Assembly: GCA_963762145.1 (NCBI GenBank)
Contig: CAVXJS010000021.1
Location: forward strand, 832,001-896,000
DNA from: an uncultured Candidatus Rokubacteria bacterium
GTDB taxonomy: Bacteria; Methylomirabilota; Methylomirabilia; Rokubacteriales; CSP1-6
Reading direction: 5' to 3'
DNA: 64,000 nucleotides
The notes beneath the pieces are model-generated. The model saw only the letters and a list, made by a program, of their open reading frames with translations, searched no databases and was not told where the DNA came from. The position numbers and the translations under genes are program-made. How positions within the stretch are numbered: position 1 is the first letter of the stretch; each line of letters opens with the position of its first letter. Below, piece by piece: positions 19,225 to 28,851 of the stretch.

Positions 19225-20040
19225 CTACTTCACGCTTCCGGCGGTGAGGCCGCCCACGAGGTAGGGCTCGATCAGCGCGAAGAGAATCACCACTGGGACG
19301 ATGGCGATCGTCGAGGCGGCGAAGAGGAGGTCCCAGTGCTGGACGTAGGCGGTCACGTAGGAGGTGATGCCGACGGTGAGGGGGCGCATCGAGGCGTCGG
19401 TCATCAGGGTGAGCGCGACGATGTACTCGTTCCAGGCCGCGATGAAGGCGAAGATGCCCGCGGTCACGATCCCGGGCGCCGCCACCGGGAGGATGATGCG
19501 GAAGAGGGTGCCGGTTGTTCCGCAACCGTCCACCGCGGCGGCCTCCTCGATCTCGCGAGGGATGGAGGCGAAGAAGGCGCGGAGGATCCAGATCGCGAAG
19601 GCCAGGTTGAAGGCGGCGTTGACCGCGATGAGCGCGGCGTAGGTGTTGATGAGGCCGAGCTCGAAGAACTCGCGGTAGAGGCCCACCACCAGCGCGGTCG
19701 GCGCGAACATCTGGGTCACCAGGACCAGGAACAGGAAGGCGGCACGGCCCGGGAACCGATGGCGCGCGGTGTGGTACGCGGCGGGCACCGCGGCCACCAG
19801 CACCAGCAGCGTGGATACGATGGCCACCACCAGCGAGACGGTGAGCCAGGACTGGAACTCCGGATCGCGCAGCACCGTCCAGAAGTTCTGCGGCCGCCAC
19901 TCGAGCGGCAGGAGCCGCGGCGGGCTCACGCGCAGCTCGGCCTCCGGCTTGAGCGAGGTGAGGAGCATCACCGCGTACGGCGCCAGCAGCGCGCTGGCCA
20001 GCAGCCACCCCGCCGCGCCCAGCGCCGCCTTGCGGATCAG
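19225..20040 (-). CDS. carbohydrate ABC transporter permease (MalG-like)
   Basis: PREIEEAAAVDGC; GLTAGSVK; probable CTG start overlapping the upstream TGA. Confidence 0.88.
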   Translation of the reverse strand: MIRKAALGAAGWLLASALLAPYAVMLLTSLKPEAELRVSPPRLLPLEWRPQNFWTVLRDPEFQSWLTVSLVVAIVSTLLVLVAAVPAAYHTARHRFPGRAAFLFLVLVTQMFAPTALVVGLYREFFELGLINTYAALIAVNAAFNLAFAIWILRAFFASIPREIEEAAAVDGCGTTGTLFRIILPVAAPGIVTAGIFAFIAAWNEYIVALTLMTDASMRPLTVGITSYVTAYVQHWDLLFAASTIAIVPVVILFALIEPYLVGGLTAGSVK

Positions 20041-20930
20041 ACCGGCTCCTCCCGCCAGCGCGCCACCCGCAGGTAGGCGACCACCGCGGCCAGGATCAGC
20101 AGCACGTTGACCACACCCAGCGCGGCGGCCAGGCCCACGTCCCGGAGCGCGCTCTTGAACGCGATCTTGTACATGAACGTGATCATCGTGTCATGGGCGA
20201 AGCCGGGGTTGCGGTCGTTGAGCGTCCACACGATCGGAAAGGAGTTGAACACGTAGATCAGGTTCAGCACCGCGGCCACCAGCAGCGCGGGCCGGAGCAG
20301 CGGCAGCGTGATCAGGCGGTAGCTGCGCCAGCCCGCCGCCCCGTCCACCCGGGCCGCCTCGTAGACCTCGCCCGGAATGGTCTGGAGCCCCGCGAGCAGG
20401 ACGTAGGTCGTGAACGGCAGCGACACGAAGACCCCGACCGCGATCATCGCCGCCATCACGGTGCGGTCGTCGCCCAGCCAGTCGATCGGCGCCAGGCCCG
20501 CCGCGGCGGTCACGCGGTTGAGCAGGCCGAAGTAGTAGTCGTAGATCCACACGAAGAGCTTCGAGGTCATGATGAGAGAGGCGGCCCACGGCACGATGAG
20601 CGCCCACCGCACGAGCCGGCGGCCCGGGAAGGACTCGTTCAGGAGCTGGGCCAGGCCGAGCGAGAGCGCGACGGTGACCGCCACCACCGCCACGACCCAC
20701 ACCACGGTGTTCGCGGCCACCCCGGGCAGCGCCTCCTGCTCGACCAGGCGCGCGTAGTTGCGCAGGCCCACCGCGCCCTGGTAGAGGCCGGTGATCGAGT
20801 AGCGGCCGAGGGAAGCGCGGACGAGCTCGACCGCGGGATAGATCACCACCGCCGCGATCAGCAGGAGGCTCGGGCCGAGCCACAGGAGCGCCCGGCCCGC
20901 GCCCGGGCCCCGCGGGCGCGGCCCCGTCAG
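20037..20930 (-). CDS. carbohydrate ABC transporter permease (MalF-like)
   Basis: VYEAARVDGA; probable CTG start overlapping the binding-protein stop. Confidence 0.88.
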   Translation of the reverse strand: MTGPRPRGPGAGRALLWLGPSLLLIAAVVIYPAVELVRASLGRYSITGLYQGAVGLRNYARLVEQEALPGVAANTVVWVVAVVAVTVALSLGLAQLLNESFPGRRLVRWALIVPWAASLIMTSKLFVWIYDYYFGLLNRVTAAAGLAPIDWLGDDRTVMAAMIAVGVFVSLPFTTYVLLAGLQTIPGEVYEAARVDGAAGWRSYRLITLPLLRPALLVAAVLNLIYVFNSFPIVWTLNDRNPGFAHDTMITFMYKIAFKSALRDVGLAAALGVVNVLLILAAVVAYLRVARWREEPV

Positions 20931-22153
20931 CGAGCGCTCTCCGCCGCGTTCTTCTGGAGGCGGTCGAGTACCTGCTTCGGATCGCCGCCCGGCTGGACCG
21001 CCGCGCCGATGCTCTGCTGGACGTCGAGCTTCACCTTGTCCCAGGTGGGGTCGGTGGTGGGCGCCAGCCGCGCGCTCGGCAGCGCGTCGAGATACGGCTT
21101 GAGCTTCTCGTTGCCGCTCATGCGCTCGCGGCCCGACTTGGTCACGGGCAGGAAGCCTTCGGCGGTGATCCAGCGCGTGATCTGCTCGGGCTGATAGTAG
21201 AGGTCGAGGAACTGGCGCACCGCCTCCTGGTTGCCCTTCTTCTTGAAGGCCATCAGGTAGTCCTCGACCCCGAGAGTCACCGGCGTTCCCACGTTGGTCG
21301 GCATCTGGGTGACGCCGTAATTCACCTTCTTCTCGGCGTCGAGCTGCGCGGCGAGTGGGCTGAACCCCATGACCATGCCGACCTTGCCGTCCTTGAAGAG
21401 CTGGAACGCGCCGTCGGTGCGGTTGGTCTTGCCCGGATTGATCTGGGTCACCTTGTGGGTGTTGGCGAGCGCGGCCAGGAACTGGAGCGTCTGCACGTTC
21501 TTCTCGCTGTTGATCGTCCACGCCTCGCCGCTCTTCCAGTCGCCGCTGTTGTTCCACATCCAGATGGACCACTCGGCCTGCGCCTCCTCCGGCCCGAGCG
21601 GCAGCGCGTAGCCGATCGTCCCGTCCCCCAGGGCCTGCACCCGCTTCGCGGCCGACACGAACTCGTCCCAGGTCCGCGGCGGCGCGGCCACCCCGGCCCG
21701 GGCGAGCAGGTCGCGGTTGTAGAAGAACGCGCGCGCGCTGGCCAGGATCGGGAAGCCGTAGAGCTTGTCGCGATAGGTGCCGCCGCGCGCGAACGCTTCG
21801 AGGAAATCGTCCCGCGTCTTGGGCGACAGGGCCTCGTCGCCCGAATAGAGGAGGCCGTCCTTGGCGTAGCTGGAGAACGAGTTGAGGTTGAGCACGTCGG
21901 GCGGCTGGTTGTTCTGGATCATGGTGCTGACCTGCTGATCGATGGAGTTCCAGTCGATCACCTGCAGGTCGACCTTGACCCCGGTCTGCTTGGTGTACTG
22001 GTCGGCCAGAGCCTGCCAGAATGGACGGGTATGGTCGCGGCTGTACTCCGCGATGACCACCTTGATGGACTGGGGCTTGTCGCCGCCGCAGCCGCCGGGG
22101 GCGAAGGCGGCCACGCCGAGGACGACGAGGGCCAGGAAACCGCGGCGCGTCAT
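20927..22153 (-). CDS. carbohydrate ABC solute-binding lipoprotein
   Basis: TRRGFL..GGC signal; PPDVLN, LYGFP, FFYNRDLL, PRTWDEF. Confidence 0.9.
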   Translation of the reverse strand: MTRRGFLALVVLGVAAFAPGGCGGDKPQSIKVVIAEYSRDHTRPFWQALADQYTKQTGVKVDLQVIDWNSIDQQVSTMIQNNQPPDVLNLNSFSSYAKDGLLYSGDEALSPKTRDDFLEAFARGGTYRDKLYGFPILASARAFFYNRDLLARAGVAAPPRTWDEFVSAAKRVQALGDGTIGYALPLGPEEAQAEWSIWMWNNSGDWKSGEAWTINSEKNVQTLQFLAALANTHKVTQINPGKTNRTDGAFQLFKDGKVGMVMGFSPLAAQLDAEKKVNYGVTQMPTNVGTPVTLGVEDYLMAFKKKGNQEAVRQFLDLYYQPEQITRWITAEGFLPVTKSGRERMSGNEKLKPYLDALPSARLAPTTDPTWDKVKLDVQQSIGAAVQPGGDPKQVLDRLQKNAAESAR

Positions 22154-22268
22154 CGAGCCCATACTACAAAAGATCCGCCCCGGGGCGTAAGTCTTCCCGC
22201 ACAGCCCGCCCGCACATGCATAGAATGGGATGTCTCACTACTGCTGGCCCCATGGGAGGTTATCCCCG

Positions 22269-22682
22269 ATGCCAATGACACGTGTCCTCATCGTCGGCGC
22301 GCTCGTGCTGATGCTGACGTCGTGCGCCTCGTCCGGTCCGGCGCGGCAGCGGAGCGAGTTCGAGGACGTCCCGGTTCCCGCGGGCCTCACCCTGGACCAG
22401 GACCGGACCACCATCATCGAGTCGCCGACCGTGAAGGCGGCGCGCCTCTTCTACAAGAGCCGCATCAAGCCCGAGAGCCTCGGCCTCGCCTACCGGTCCT
22501 CGCTCGAGGCCAACGGATGGCGACACGTGTCCTCCACGACGTCGTCCTCCAAGGGCACGACCCAGGTCTACGAGAAGCAGGACAGCTCGCTGCAGATCAT
22601 GATCTACGAGGGGTGGTACTACACGTGGACCGAGGTCTCGACGACCCGGATCGTCGGGCGTCCGCCCGCGCCGAGCCGGTAG
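22269..22682 (+). CDS. hypothetical lipoprotein
   Basis: Lipobox LTSC; FEDVPVP...ANGW; GGAGG RBS. Confidence 0.75.
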   Translation: MPMTRVLIVGALVLMLTSCASSGPARQRSEFEDVPVPAGLTLDQDRTTIIESPTVKAARLFYKSRIKPESLGLAYRSSLEANGWRHVSSTTSSSKGTTQVYEKQDSSLQIMIYEGWYYTWTEVSTTRIVGRPPAPSR

Positions 22683-22699
22683 CCACCAAGGAGGACGCC

Positions 22700-23323
22700 A
22701 TGAGGAAGCGAATGGGAGTTCTGTCCCCGGCCCTGCTGTGGCTGGTCACGGGCTGCGCGGCCACCGAGCCGGCCTACGTCACGCCGGTTCCGGCCGCGCA
22801 ACCGACCCGCACGGCGCAGGCGGACGAGCGCGTCGCCGCTGTCGAGAAGCGCGTGAACGAGATGGGCCAGCGCGTGGAGACCCTCGAAGGCGGCGTCGCG
22901 AGCGCGCAGAGCCGGGCCGACGAGGCCGCCCGGAAGGCGGAAGGCGTGGACGGCCGGCTCACGCGCCTCTGGTCGAACCGCTTCAACCAGAAGACGGCCG
23001 ACAGCCTCGAGGTGTTTTTCTCGCCCGATAGCATCGACCTGAGCGATGCGGCCCAGACCGCCCTCACCGCGGTCGTGGCCGAGATGAAGGCGCATCCGAC
23101 CCTGACCGTCGAGCTGGGCGGCTACACCGACCCGCGGGGCGCCCTCGACTACAACTACGCACTGAGCCAGCGGCGGGTCGACGCCGTCCGTCGCTTTCTG
23201 ATGGACCGGGGCATCCAGCTCGCGCGGATCCAGTCGGCCAGCCTCGGGCCGATCTCCAGCACCGACATTCCAGACGTGAAGAAGCGGCGGGTCACCCTGC
23301 GCCTCATGGTCGACCAGGAGTAG
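22700..23323 (+). CDS. OmpA-family peptidoglycan-binding lipoprotein
   Basis: Lipobox VTGC; coiled coil; GYTDPRGALDYNYALSQRRVDAV. Confidence 0.88.
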   Translation: MRKRMGVLSPALLWLVTGCAATEPAYVTPVPAAQPTRTAQADERVAAVEKRVNEMGQRVETLEGGVASAQSRADEAARKAEGVDGRLTRLWSNRFNQKTADSLEVFFSPDSIDLSDAAQTALTAVVAEMKAHPTLTVELGGYTDPRGALDYNYALSQRRVDAVRRFLMDRGIQLARIQSASLGPISSTDIPDVKKRRVTLRLMVDQE

Positions 23324-23331
23324 CGCCCGGG

Positions 23332-23691
23332 GTGCAACCCGACGACGAACCGGCCGCGTCGTGCACGCGCGGGGGCGCGCGGAGCCCGTGGCGAGCGGCC
23401 GCCGCGGCCACGCTCGTCACGCTGCTCCTGGCGGGCTGTGCGGCCACCCAGCCCGGCCTCGTCAAGCGCCCGCCGCCGCAGCCGCCGCGGCGGGCCGAGA
23501 TCGCGCCGGTGGCGCCCACGCGCGCCCACGTCTGGGTGCCCGGCCAGTGGGCGTGGCACCAAGAGCGCTACGTGTGGGTGCCGGGGCGCTGGGAGGTGCC
23601 GCCCGCCCCGGGACTCACATGGGTCCCGGGCGGCTGGATGCCGCGGGAGGGCGCGTTCGTCTGGGTTGAGGGGTACTGGCGCGCTCGCTGA
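23332..23691 (+). CDS. YXWGXW-repeat lipoprotein
   Basis: LAGC lipobox; repeated WVPGQW/WVPGRW/WVPGGW/WVEGYW; start uncertain. Confidence 0.8.
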   Translation: MQPDDEPAASCTRGGARSPWRAAAAATLVTLLLAGCAATQPGLVKRPPPQPPRRAEIAPVAPTRAHVWVPGQWAWHQERYVWVPGRWEVPPAPGLTWVPGGWMPREGAFVWVEGYWRAR

Positions 23692-23719
23692 GTGGGCGCC
23701 GCGAAGGTCGCGAGCCGCC

Positions 23720-25087
23720 TCACGGCCAGAGCTCCTTGCCCTCCGCGGCGGGCAGCGCGAGGTTGAGACGGCGCGCGAGCGTGGTCGCGATGTCCCGCAT
23801 GTCGATGAGGCCGAGCGCGCGGCCGGCCGGCACGCCCGGCCCCACCACGAAGAAGGACGCGTGCAGGTCGGGTAGGTCCGGCAGGTGACCGTGCATGCCC
23901 GCCATCGCCGGTTTGCCCACCAGCGGGCCGGTCAGGCTCGAGCCCGCGTGCCAGTCCGGCTTGAGCCCGACGACGAACGCGGCGGTGGGAAATCCGCCGC
24001 GAGCCCGGAGCGCGGCCGCGTCCAGCACGCGATCGATCCCGTGCGCGGGATCGGCGGCCAGGCGGTCGAGCAGGGCCCGGACCGTCGCCAGGGTGTCCGC
24101 GTCGGCCGGATCCTTCAGCACGACCGCGATCGTGCCGCCGGCCGTCCACGACATCGCCTTCCAGTCGGTGACCTTGCCCGCGCTCACCGTGACCAGCCCC
24201 GCGCGGCGCAGCTCGGCGAGCAGGTTGAGCTCCATCGTGGTCTTGCCGAAGCCGTGGTCCGACACGATCGCGACGTGGGCACCCCCCGGGGCCACCGTCT
24301 CCGCGGATGCGCGCAGCGTGCCGACGAGCGTGTCGATCCGCTCGAGCACCGCCATGGTCTCGGCCGTGAACGGCCCGGTGACGTGCTGCACGTGATCGAG
24401 CGCGATGAGATGCAGCGTCAACAGGTTGGGCCGCTTCTTCTCGAGAATGCGCACCGCGTACCGCACGCGCTGCTCGTCCGACTCCACGGTGAGCGCGCGC
24501 GGATAAGGGCCGAGCTCCAGCTCGAGCTCGGCGAGCAGGCCCGGGGTGGACACCGCCCGGAGGAGCTTGGCGTCGTCGGGCGCGCCCGACCGCCAGAACT
24601 CGGGAATGTTCCAGGTCACGCGCGCGCCCACGCTGGCCGGCCACTGCACGCTGGCGGTGCTGAGCCCCGCGCGCGCCGCCGCGTCCCAGAGGGTGGCCAC
24701 CCGGATGTCCTCGCTGTACCAGTACCAGCCGCTCTGGTTCTCGCGCAACGGGTCGAACGTGAGATTGGCGTGGATCCCGTGAGTGGCCGGCGAGACACCG
24801 GTGATCAGCGTGGTGTGGCTCGGGTAGGTGACGGTGGGGATCACGCCCACCACGCCCTGGGCGAAGGCGCCCTCCCGGAGGAAGCGGCGCAGGTTCGGGA
24901 TCTTCGCGCCGTACGCGTCGGCGGCGGTCACGTAGTCGGGCCGGAGCCCGTCGATCGAGATCATGACGAGCAGCGGGGTCTGCACCGGCTGCTGCGCCGC
25001 CGCCCCCCCGACCAGGACCAGCACCGCGGCCACCAGGAGGAGGGCCCGCGGCGCGAGCCTGACCTGGCGGAGCCGGTCGGGTATCAT
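23720..25087 (-). CDS. nucleotide pyrophosphatase/phosphodiesterase (alkaline phosphatase superfamily), secreted
   Basis: MISIDGLRPD, PTVTYPSHTTLITG, DHVQH, VSDHG, GMHG. Confidence 0.9.
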   Translation of the reverse strand: MIPDRLRQVRLAPRALLLVAAVLVLVGGAAAQQPVQTPLLVMISIDGLRPDYVTAADAYGAKIPNLRRFLREGAFAQGVVGVIPTVTYPSHTTLITGVSPATHGIHANLTFDPLRENQSGWYWYSEDIRVATLWDAAARAGLSTASVQWPASVGARVTWNIPEFWRSGAPDDAKLLRAVSTPGLLAELELELGPYPRALTVESDEQRVRYAVRILEKKRPNLLTLHLIALDHVQHVTGPFTAETMAVLERIDTLVGTLRASAETVAPGGAHVAIVSDHGFGKTTMELNLLAELRRAGLVTVSAGKVTDWKAMSWTAGGTIAVVLKDPADADTLATVRALLDRLAADPAHGIDRVLDAAALRARGGFPTAAFVVGLKPDWHAGSSLTGPLVGKPAMAGMHGHLPDLPDLHASFFVVGPGVPAGRALGLIDMRDIATTLARRLNLALPAAEGKELWP

Positions 25088-25124
25088 GGCGCCCACAGCA
25101 TATAGCACGGGCGCGGAGAGGACC

Positions 25125-25454
25125 ATGACGAGGCGGGCGACGGGCGTGGTGGGCATGCTGCTGCTGATCGCGACGCATGCGGGGCCGGCCTCCGCCCAGG
25201 AGGCGGAGAAGATGGCGATGGCGCGGGTCCGGCTCACCACCGAGCCCGGCCTCACCCAGGGCTGCGAGCGCGTCGGCACCACGCGCGACAACTCGATCAG
25301 GGACCTCCGGCGCAAGATCGTGAAGATGGGCGGCAACACCGCGGTCCTCGCCTTCGGCGGCAGCGAGGATCTCGCCATGGTCTACGCGGAAGTGTTCCGC
25401 TGCGGCGACCTGCCCGCCAGCGCGCCGGGCACCGCGCCGGCCCCGGCCCGCTGA
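25125..25454 (+). CDS. small secreted hypothetical protein
   Basis: Signal peptide ending ASA-QE; GCERVG..., MGGNTAV, EVFRC. Confidence 0.65.
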   Translation: MTRRATGVVGMLLLIATHAGPASAQEAEKMAMARVRLTTEPGLTQGCERVGTTRDNSIRDLRRKIVKMGGNTAVLAFGGSEDLAMVYAEVFRCGDLPASAPGTAPAPAR

Positions 25455-25455
25455 C

Positions 25456-26223
25456 ATGGCCTGGGATCCCGCGCAGTACCTGAAGTTCGCCGACCACCGG
25501 CTGCGGCCGGCCATCGACCTGCTGAGCCGCGTCGGCCTCCCGCACCCGGGCGAGATCTACGACCTCGGCGCGGGCGCCGGCAACGTCACGCGCCTCATCA
25601 AGGAGCGCTGGCCCGAGGCGCGCGTCACCGGGGTGGACGACTCGCCGGCCATGCTCGCCAAGGCCGCGGCCACCGCCCCCGCGATCATCTGGGAGCAGGC
25701 GGACCTGGCCACCTGGAGGCCGGCGCGGCCGGCCGATCTCGTCTACTCGAACGCGGCGCTCCACTGGCTCACCGGGCACGAGCGGTTGTTCCCGGCCCTG
25801 CTCGCGACCCTGGCGCCCGCGGGGGTGCTGGCGGTCCAGATGCCGCGTAACTTCGGGGCACCGTCGCACACGCTGATCTCGGAGGCCGCGCGCGGCGGGC
25901 CGTGGCGCGCGACCCTCGAGCCCCTGCTCCGGCCGGCGCCGGTGGCCGATCCCGATTTCTACTACGACGCGCTCGCCTCCCGCGCCGCGACGCTCGATAT
26001 CTGGGAGACGGAGTACCTGCAGATTCTCGAGGGCGCCGATCCGGTCAAGGAGTGGACCAAGGGCACCTGGCTCAAGCCGCTGCTCGACGCGCTGGAGGAG
26101 CCGGAGCGGAGCCGCTTCGAGGCGCGGTACGCGGAGCTGGTGGCCCACGCCTATCCCCCGCGTCCGGACGGGCGCACGCTCTTTCCGTTCCGGCGCCTCT
26201 TCATCGTGGCCCGGGCGCGCTGA
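25456..26223 (+). CDS. tam: trans-aconitate 2-methyltransferase
   Basis: MAWDPAQYLKFADHRLRPAIDLL, SNAALHW, LAVQMP, FPFRRLFIVA. Confidence 0.88.
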   Translation: MAWDPAQYLKFADHRLRPAIDLLSRVGLPHPGEIYDLGAGAGNVTRLIKERWPEARVTGVDDSPAMLAKAAATAPAIIWEQADLATWRPARPADLVYSNAALHWLTGHERLFPALLATLAPAGVLAVQMPRNFGAPSHTLISEAARGGPWRATLEPLLRPAPVADPDFYYDALASRAATLDIWETEYLQILEGADPVKEWTKGTWLKPLLDALEEPERSRFEARYAELVAHAYPPRPDGRTLFPFRRLFIVARAR

Positions 26224-26230
26224 GGACCGC

Positions 26231-27358
26231 ATGAAGATCGACGCGATCGACGTCTACTGGATGAGGCTCCCGCTCGCCTTCGTGTGGAAGACGTCCTACG
26301 CCGACCAGTCCGTCACCGACACCATCCTGGTGCGGATGGAGGGCGGCGGCCACGAGGCGTGGGGCGAGAGCTGCCCGCCGTTCATCCCGGGCTACTCCGC
26401 CGAGCACACCCTCGCCGTCTTCCACACCCTGCGCGAGCACATGGTCCCGCGCATCATCGGCCAGGACATCGAGACCGCCCGGGACCTGCTCGACCGGCTG
26501 GCCTTCATCAAGGGCAACCAGTTCGCGCGGGCCGCGCTCGACATCGCCTGGTGGGTGCTGGACGCCAAGCGGCGCGGCCTGCCGCTGCACCGCGCCCTCG
26601 GGGGGACCGCGGACCGGGTCGCGGTCGGCGCCGACTTCGGGATCCAGGATTCGCTCGACCTCCTGATGGAGAAGATCCAGGGCGCGATCGACGCCGGCTT
26701 CCCGCGGGTCAAGCTCAAGTTCCGGCCCGGCTGGGATCTGTTCATGGTGGAGGCGGTCCGGTCCACCTTCCCCGACTTCACCTTTCACATCGACTGCAAC
26801 GCGGCCTACACGCCCGCGGACACCGAGCTCTTCCGGAAGCTCGACCGGTTCCGGCTCGCCATGATCGAGCAGCCCCTGGCCGACGACGGCATGAGCCTGG
26901 TCAACCACGCGGACCTGCAGCAGCGGATCGGGACGCCGGTCTGCCTCGACGAGAGCGCCCAGAGCCTGGCCCACGTGCAGGCGGCGATTCGCCTCAAGAG
27001 CTGCCGGGTCGTGAACATCAAGATGGCGCGGGTGGGCGGGCTCACCGAGTCGCGGGAGATCCAGGCCCTGTGCGCCCAGCACGACATCCCCTGCTGGGTG
27101 GGCGGCATGCTGGAGAGCGCGATCGGCGGAGCCATCTGCGCCGAGCTGGCCACCCTGCCCAACTTCACCTACGCGGGCGACATCTTCCCGTCCTCGTACT
27201 TCTACGCGAACGATCTCGGCAAGCCCGAGATCGTGCTGAGCGGCCGCGGCGAGGTCGCCACGTCCCGGGTGCCGGGCATCGCTCAGGCGCCCGATCCCGA
27301 GCTGCTCAAGCGCTGGACCGCCGAGCACGCGGCGTTTCGCCCCGCCTCGACCCGGTAA
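26231..27358 (+). CDS. menC: o-succinylbenzoate synthase / N-acylamino acid racemase (enolase superfamily)
   Basis: KLKFRPG, HIDCN, IEQPL, CLDES, NIKMARVGG, WVGGMLES; no men genes nearby, so racemase function is plausible. Confidence 0.8.
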   Translation: MKIDAIDVYWMRLPLAFVWKTSYADQSVTDTILVRMEGGGHEAWGESCPPFIPGYSAEHTLAVFHTLREHMVPRIIGQDIETARDLLDRLAFIKGNQFARAALDIAWWVLDAKRRGLPLHRALGGTADRVAVGADFGIQDSLDLLMEKIQGAIDAGFPRVKLKFRPGWDLFMVEAVRSTFPDFTFHIDCNAAYTPADTELFRKLDRFRLAMIEQPLADDGMSLVNHADLQQRIGTPVCLDESAQSLAHVQAAIRLKSCRVVNIKMARVGGLTESREIQALCAQHDIPCWVGGMLESAIGGAICAELATLPNFTYAGDIFPSSYFYANDLGKPEIVLSGRGEVATSRVPGIAQAPDPELLKRWTAEHAAFRPASTR

Positions 27359-27428
27359 GAACGCCCGGATCCGATCAGCGTTCGCTTGCGCGGGCTGGTT
27401 TATCGCCGCCTTTCGCGAACCGCGTTCG

Positions 27429-27444
27429 TGGCATCTCAGTTGCT
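27429..27444 (+). promoter_or_regulatory. sigma54 promoter
   Basis: TGGCATCTCAGTTGCT (GG-N10-GC). Confidence 0.7.
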
Positions 27445-27529
27445 TGTGAGTGAATGGCATGAGTTCTTCATCGAGCTGCCATCACGGTGTCGCAGGCGGG
27501 CGCTACGGTTTGGTCTACGGAGGCCGATC

Positions 27530-27724
27530 ATGAACGTTCGCGAAAACGCGGCGAGGATCGCGACACAGTTCGAGGGCCGATGCACCTGCGCAGCCATGGA
27601 CGGCGGCGTGGATTGCCCCTGGTGCCAGGTCTTCTACGACGTGCTCCAGGGGTTTCCGATCACCCCACCTCCCGCCCCGCGGGGCGGCGCCCCGGAACGG
27701 CGGCTGTCACCCACCGCGGCCTGA
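27530..27724 (+). CDS. small Cys-rich protein (CTC...CPWC)
   Basis: GGAGG RBS; MNVRENAARIATQFEGRCTCAAMDGGVDCPWCQVFYDVL. Confidence 0.65.
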   Translation: MNVRENAARIATQFEGRCTCAAMDGGVDCPWCQVFYDVLQGFPITPPPAPRGGAPERRLSPTAA

Positions 27725-27730
27725 CCGGGG

Positions 27731-28521
27731 TCAGTTCAGCCGCTGACGCGGCTGGCGGCTCGTCTGCAGGTTGCGCTGGAGGAACGGGATGAGCTTGTCC
27801 CACGCGTCGCGCGCGGGGCCTTCCCGGTAGGTGGCGGGGTTCGTGAAGTTCAGAAACGCGTGCCCCGCGTCCGGGTAGCGGTGGAACTCGTGGGGCTTGC
27901 GGTACTTGTCGAGCTGGGCCGAGATCCGGTCCACGTCCTCTGGCGAGGGATTGGCGTCCTCGGCCCCGAAGAACCCCACGATCGGACAGTGCACGTAGGG
28001 CGTCAGATCGAACGGGGTCGGGCCGTTCCCCCACGCCTTCATGATGTTGCCGCCGTAGAAGACGGCGGCCGCCTTGAAGACCGGCTTGGACGCGGCCATC
28101 AAGTAGGCGACGCGTCCCCCCATGCAGAAGCCGATGATGCCCACGTCCCCGAGCTGGGTGTCCTTCAGCCGACGCGCGTAGTTGACCGCGGCGTTGACGT
28201 CGGCGATCACCTCCGGATCCCGGAGGCGGCCGATGCGGGTCATCACGTCGCCGTCATCTGAAACACCGGCCGCGGCGCTTGAAACACGGCCGCGGCGCTT
28301 GAAACACCGGCCGCGGCGCTGTCCTGCCGGTGGTAAAGGTCGGGGGCGATGGCCAGGTAGCCGAGCTGGGCCAGGTTGTCGACCCGGTCCTCGATGAACT
28401 TGTCCACGCCGGGGCCGTGCTGGATCACGATCACCGCGGGGAAGGCCCGGCCGAGGCTCGGCATGCCGACGTAAAGACGCATCGGGGACCCATCGACGTC
28501 CATGCGGTCCCACTGCGCCAT
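27731..28521 (-). CDS. dienelactone hydrolase family protein, frameshifted within an internal tandem repeat
   Basis: N-part PAVIVIQH..GYLAIAPDLYHR; C-part GFCMGG, FYGG, YPDAGHAF in another frame. Confidence 0.85.
28259..28320. repeat. intragenic 21-bp tandem repeat x3 (middle copy 20 bp)
   Basis: TGAAACACCGGCCGCGGCGCT units; encodes SAAAGVS on the minus strand. Confidence 0.9.
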
Positions 28522-28851
28522 GCCGCGGCTTCCTCCGAGTACGTGAGAGAAACGGCCCGGCGGCGGAACCGGTCAGCCGCCCACCGGGCCTTGCTTTCTC
28601 GCGCGCAGGCCCTTTGCCTGCGGCATGTCCCGACCAAGGGCCGGGATCTAGGGTGCTCTAGCTGGGCTCGCGCGTCATCAGGCAGGACCCACGCCCGACG
28701 ACGCGCCGTACGAGCCGGGTGGCGTGTTCTCCATATCCTGACCTCCTGTGGGTTCACGGCACGACAGCCGGCGGCGCCTCACCGTCCGTCCAGTTCCAGG
28801 AAACCGCCGCGCGCGCTCGTTGTCAAGCGGGAGGAGGAGTAGACTGCAACC

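Noticed and set aside
28259-28320. TGAAAC/GTTTCA-containing repeats resembling CRISPR repeat ends
   Set aside because: Units are adjacent with no spacers, lie inside a CDS, and no cas genes are present.
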